From: Ostrea edulis
Taxonomy: Eukaryota
DNA: 64,000 nucleotides
NCBI RefSeq assembly: GCF_947568905.1
Contig: NC_079172.1
Coordinates: 26,970,001 to 27,034,000, forward strand
Direction of reading: 5' to 3'
Made by a program: the position numbers and the translations under genes. Below the pieces are notes generated by a model. The model was not told the origin of the DNA. It saw only the letters and a list, made by a program, of their open reading frames with translations, and searched no databases. Shown piece after piece: positions 60,950 through 64,000 of this stretch (positions within the stretch are counted from its first letter, which is position 1; every line of letters begins with the position of its first letter).

Positions 60950-62519
60950 CTTTCGGTGTATAGCGAAGAGTCAATAACCCTTTCGTCTCGCAGATATATT
61001 TACATGTATCCTCCTGAACAGAAAACAAAATGTGAGTAAGATTTGGTAACCGTCACTATTTGTAGGGATACCTTCGTCACTCTTGCATTATAATGAACTG
61101 ACTTGTCTTGTCGAGGCGCTAATTAATCACTGCTATACACCGAGGAACAACACGCGGAAGCTCAGTTGACAATTACATGATCACAGAGGTTGTATACTGA
61201 TGTATACAGACCGGGCCGAGTTGATGACAACATCATCAAAGTGTTTATAGTCTTTTAAATCACATGTGCGTACATGTATGTTTGCGAGGAAATTTATTAT
61301 CATAATAGTATTTACACATTCTTTGAATTAAGGTGGGGGGAATTCGATGTTCTGATCTTTCAAATGAATGTTTTTAAAAATGCAGTTGTCTTTCCACCTA
61401 TTTACCGTTTTTAGATAAACTGTGTCGATGTTATGAATATAAGAGTCCTTCAGTTAAAAAAGTGAAAACCACTTTTCCGAATTTTGAAAAGCTACAGTGA
61501 TTGGATTGTAAACCCACAAAACCTAATTGCTATTTCAACAATAGGCTATAGAATTTTCCAGACATGTATCAATCATATGTGCATGCTGTTTGCAAAACTA
61601 TTACAATTTTTTTTTTAAATAGAAAAGTTCATTTATATCTTCTACAGACGCCGTCTGTGAGGCCACTGCACAAAATTAACATTTTCAGAAACACTAAAAG
61701 TTTCTTTATGTCATGCTCAATGTGACTTGAGGTCTCGGTTTATAAAATCTAGAACTGCATTCGCCAGGGCAATGGAATTCCCATTACTCATAGTACAATA
61801 TCTCTTATATTCCTAAATAAATGGCTAGAGGTGTTCGCTTGTACAGAAGCATTTAAATCATTAGCAATAACGTAGTGTTTGTCGGTTTTATAGTACATGT
61901 ATAAGGCACTTTCTACCGAATAAAAGTATCGAAAAAATGGTTGTCATACATAGTCATTTTTGTAGCGAGTAAAAACGAGCAAACACGTTCTCTTATGATT
62001 TATATATAAAATGTATTTCTAAATTGTATAAAACAAATGTCCTAGGGATGCAGTCCAACACAAGAAATCAACTAAATACTAGTATTGGGTTTGGGGTAGG
62101 GTGGATAATGCTGTTGTGCGCTTCAAGTTGACGCATTCTTTAATAGTTGATGATGCAAATACAAATACAAGGTTCTCATGTTACGTGTAACAGGTCTTAC
62201 AACTGCTCCGTACACAATTATTTCCTTCGCATAGATTGTCTTAAATGTTGCTTGCCATTTAGAGCATACATTGTGTCGATTTTCTATCAAAGAATCTTAA
62301 CGGGATGTTGATTTAGTGATTACCTGAGGAAAAATGTTTCCCATCAGTAACACAGAGTCACTCCGTACCACCAGCACCACCACAGCAATTTAAGTACCAC
62401 ACAAATGAACCTTAGTGCAAAATTAATTTGACATGTTGACGTACCCTGAAGCACAAATGGAATTGATATTAAAACTCAACCTTTCGGTTCCTTCATGCTT
62501 GTTTACAAAGCTTCTCACC

Positions 62520-63776
62520 ATGGATTTACTTTATTTTCTTCCATTGGTTTCTTTATTTTTGCACCACCTAATACCAAAGGTATCGTGTGTAGAGATGTGG
62601 GACAGAGCCACAGTAGTATGCGAAACCAATGGCAAAAAACAGTAAGTAGACTATAAATTATAATAACCAATGGCAAAAACAGTAAGTAGACCGTGACTTA
62701 CTACAACCATTTAGTAATATCATATATACATTGCATAATGTTGGAATGAAGTTGATCAAAGCTTTATCTAAAAGTGTTTTATAGTGTTTCTAAATCATAT
62801 TTGAAAACTCTTAGTACGCATGGTGCAATATTAATTTGTAGCAGGGCAGTAAAATTCCGTAAAAATATATATTCTGTGATTTGGAGACTTTCCACAGCAA
62901 GACTATATTACGTCACATGGTTGTTATCAGTACGAAAAGGTTTGAAACTTTTTCATGCACTGTAACTAAAGAAAATGTCAAGTTTAAATGACATCGGGGT
63001 CTGATTGCGTAAAAGCAGGTGAAATATCACCAGTGGTACTATTTCATCAAGACGACCTATTCCTATCTTTGCCCGTCCGTCTTCTGTCGTACACTTTTGC
63101 ACATTTGGATCTTTTCACCAATACTACCACATGTACTACTACTAATAGTAGTACCCAGGTAACCATTCTCATATTTGCGCATTTAAAATGATCACAAATT
63201 TCCTATATTATATGTGTTGTAAACTTTAAAGTTGTAAAGTAAATTATATGTTCAAGTGATGTAATTTTGTAGTTTTTCGTCTTTACTCAGATTATTTCCT
63301 GTATTCTTTGTCAGTAGTAAATTATTCTTTTAAATACATTGCACCGTTAATAGACAAGTCTAAATATGTAAATGTATCATAAAACTTGAAACTCGCGAGG
63401 TTCAATCTAGAAAAACCAGTTTACTAGTGCTACAGATCAAGTCATATTTCTGGCATGGTTGAGGGTGATACACAAAGTGCAAAAATGATGATTTATTTAT
63501 GTACATAACAAGTGGTTCGCAATTATTTTCAATGAAATTATCATTTTCGTTTCAGGATAGTAGAAGAAAACTCCAATCGAGTCGTGGTTTTAGATTCTGC
63601 ATGTCAGTCGGGAGAGGTAGCATGGCGACTAAGTGAAACCTATGTATACCTTCATTTCCAAAAACCATCCAGATTTAGAGTGTGTTTTAGTAGCCCAGCC
63701 GTACCTGGTTATGAAAAGTACAGTGTTTACAGTATGTCAAGTGAAAAAGCAAATTATGCAGGAAGTCCAAATCGAG
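62520..63776 (+). CDS. Secreted meteorin-like protein B (first two coding exons; continues beyond the window)
   Basis: Exon 62520-62641 (MDLLYFLPLVSLFLHHLIPKVSC-VEMWDRATVVCETNGKK, donor GTAAGT, phase 2) joins exon 63556-63776 (acceptor TTTTCGTTTCAG; Q|IVEENSNRVVVLDSACQSGEVAWRLSETYVYLHFQKPSRFRVCF..SPNRG, phase 1). It has the same intron phases and the same C-x2-G-x-V..L-x-F..(V/I)C spacing as gene A. Confidence 0.72.
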
Positions 63777-63894
63777 GTAATCCATTTTAAAATCGCTGGG
63801 ATATTCTATGTTGAATCTTTCACTATACGTTTGATGGCGTTTAACCAATTTGATAAATTGTGGATGAAAGTCCAATGCTATATGGATATAATTA

Positions 63895-64000
63895 TTACAC
63901 CTTGACACTAGTATCCACCTGGTGTTTCCAGGGATCAGTGTTGGACCTACTCTCAATTTTGTATTCTTTGTAGGATTTATGAGAGTGGTCACTGTTCAAT
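63895..64000 (+). mobile_element. Decayed Naiad 3' UTR fragment at the window edge
   Basis: CACCTGGTGTTTCCAGGG..CAATTTTGTATTC..TAGGATTTATGAGAGTGGTCACTGTTC. Confidence 0.6.

Overview
AT-rich eukaryotic genomic DNA with GT-AG introns. The repeat families look like those of a bivalve mollusc, most likely an oyster (Ostreidae); this is inferred from recalled repeat consensus sequences, not from a search. Five protein-coding genes were assembled by hand with consistent splice phases. (1) A 4-coding-exon DUF1399/GRDP-type glycine-rich domain gene (5120-11361 +, 800 aa). (2) A secreted LRR-only protein whose first coding exon contributes only the ATG (18029-20540 +, 453 aa). (3) A 23-coding-exon filamin of the three-CH-domain jitterbug/FLN-2 type with 8 Ig repeats (25211-45506 +, about 1446 aa). 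(4, 5) A head-to-head pair of small secreted proteins whose Cys/Gly/aromatic spacing matches the N-terminal CUB-like domain of meteorin/METRNL (55915-60949 -, 252 aa, no NTR domain; 62520-63776 +, runs off the window); most of their exons are missed or mis-bounded by the ORF track. Mobile DNA is abundant: a 3.1-kb Naiad-type Penelope-like retroelement (N-terminal GIY-YIG, CxC linker, C-terminal RT) inserted in a 28-bp minisatellite, plus about ten 3' fragments; a Tc1 DD34E transposon; several SINE families; Helentron-type non-autonomous elements; and MITEs. A Penelope-type pseudo-LTR in a filamin intron carries an apparently intact minimal hammerhead ribozyme. The main unexplained signal is a 155-bp block that is perfectly identical between two otherwise diverged tandem duplicates upstream of the GRDP gene. 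No prokaryotic features or CRISPR arrays were seen.
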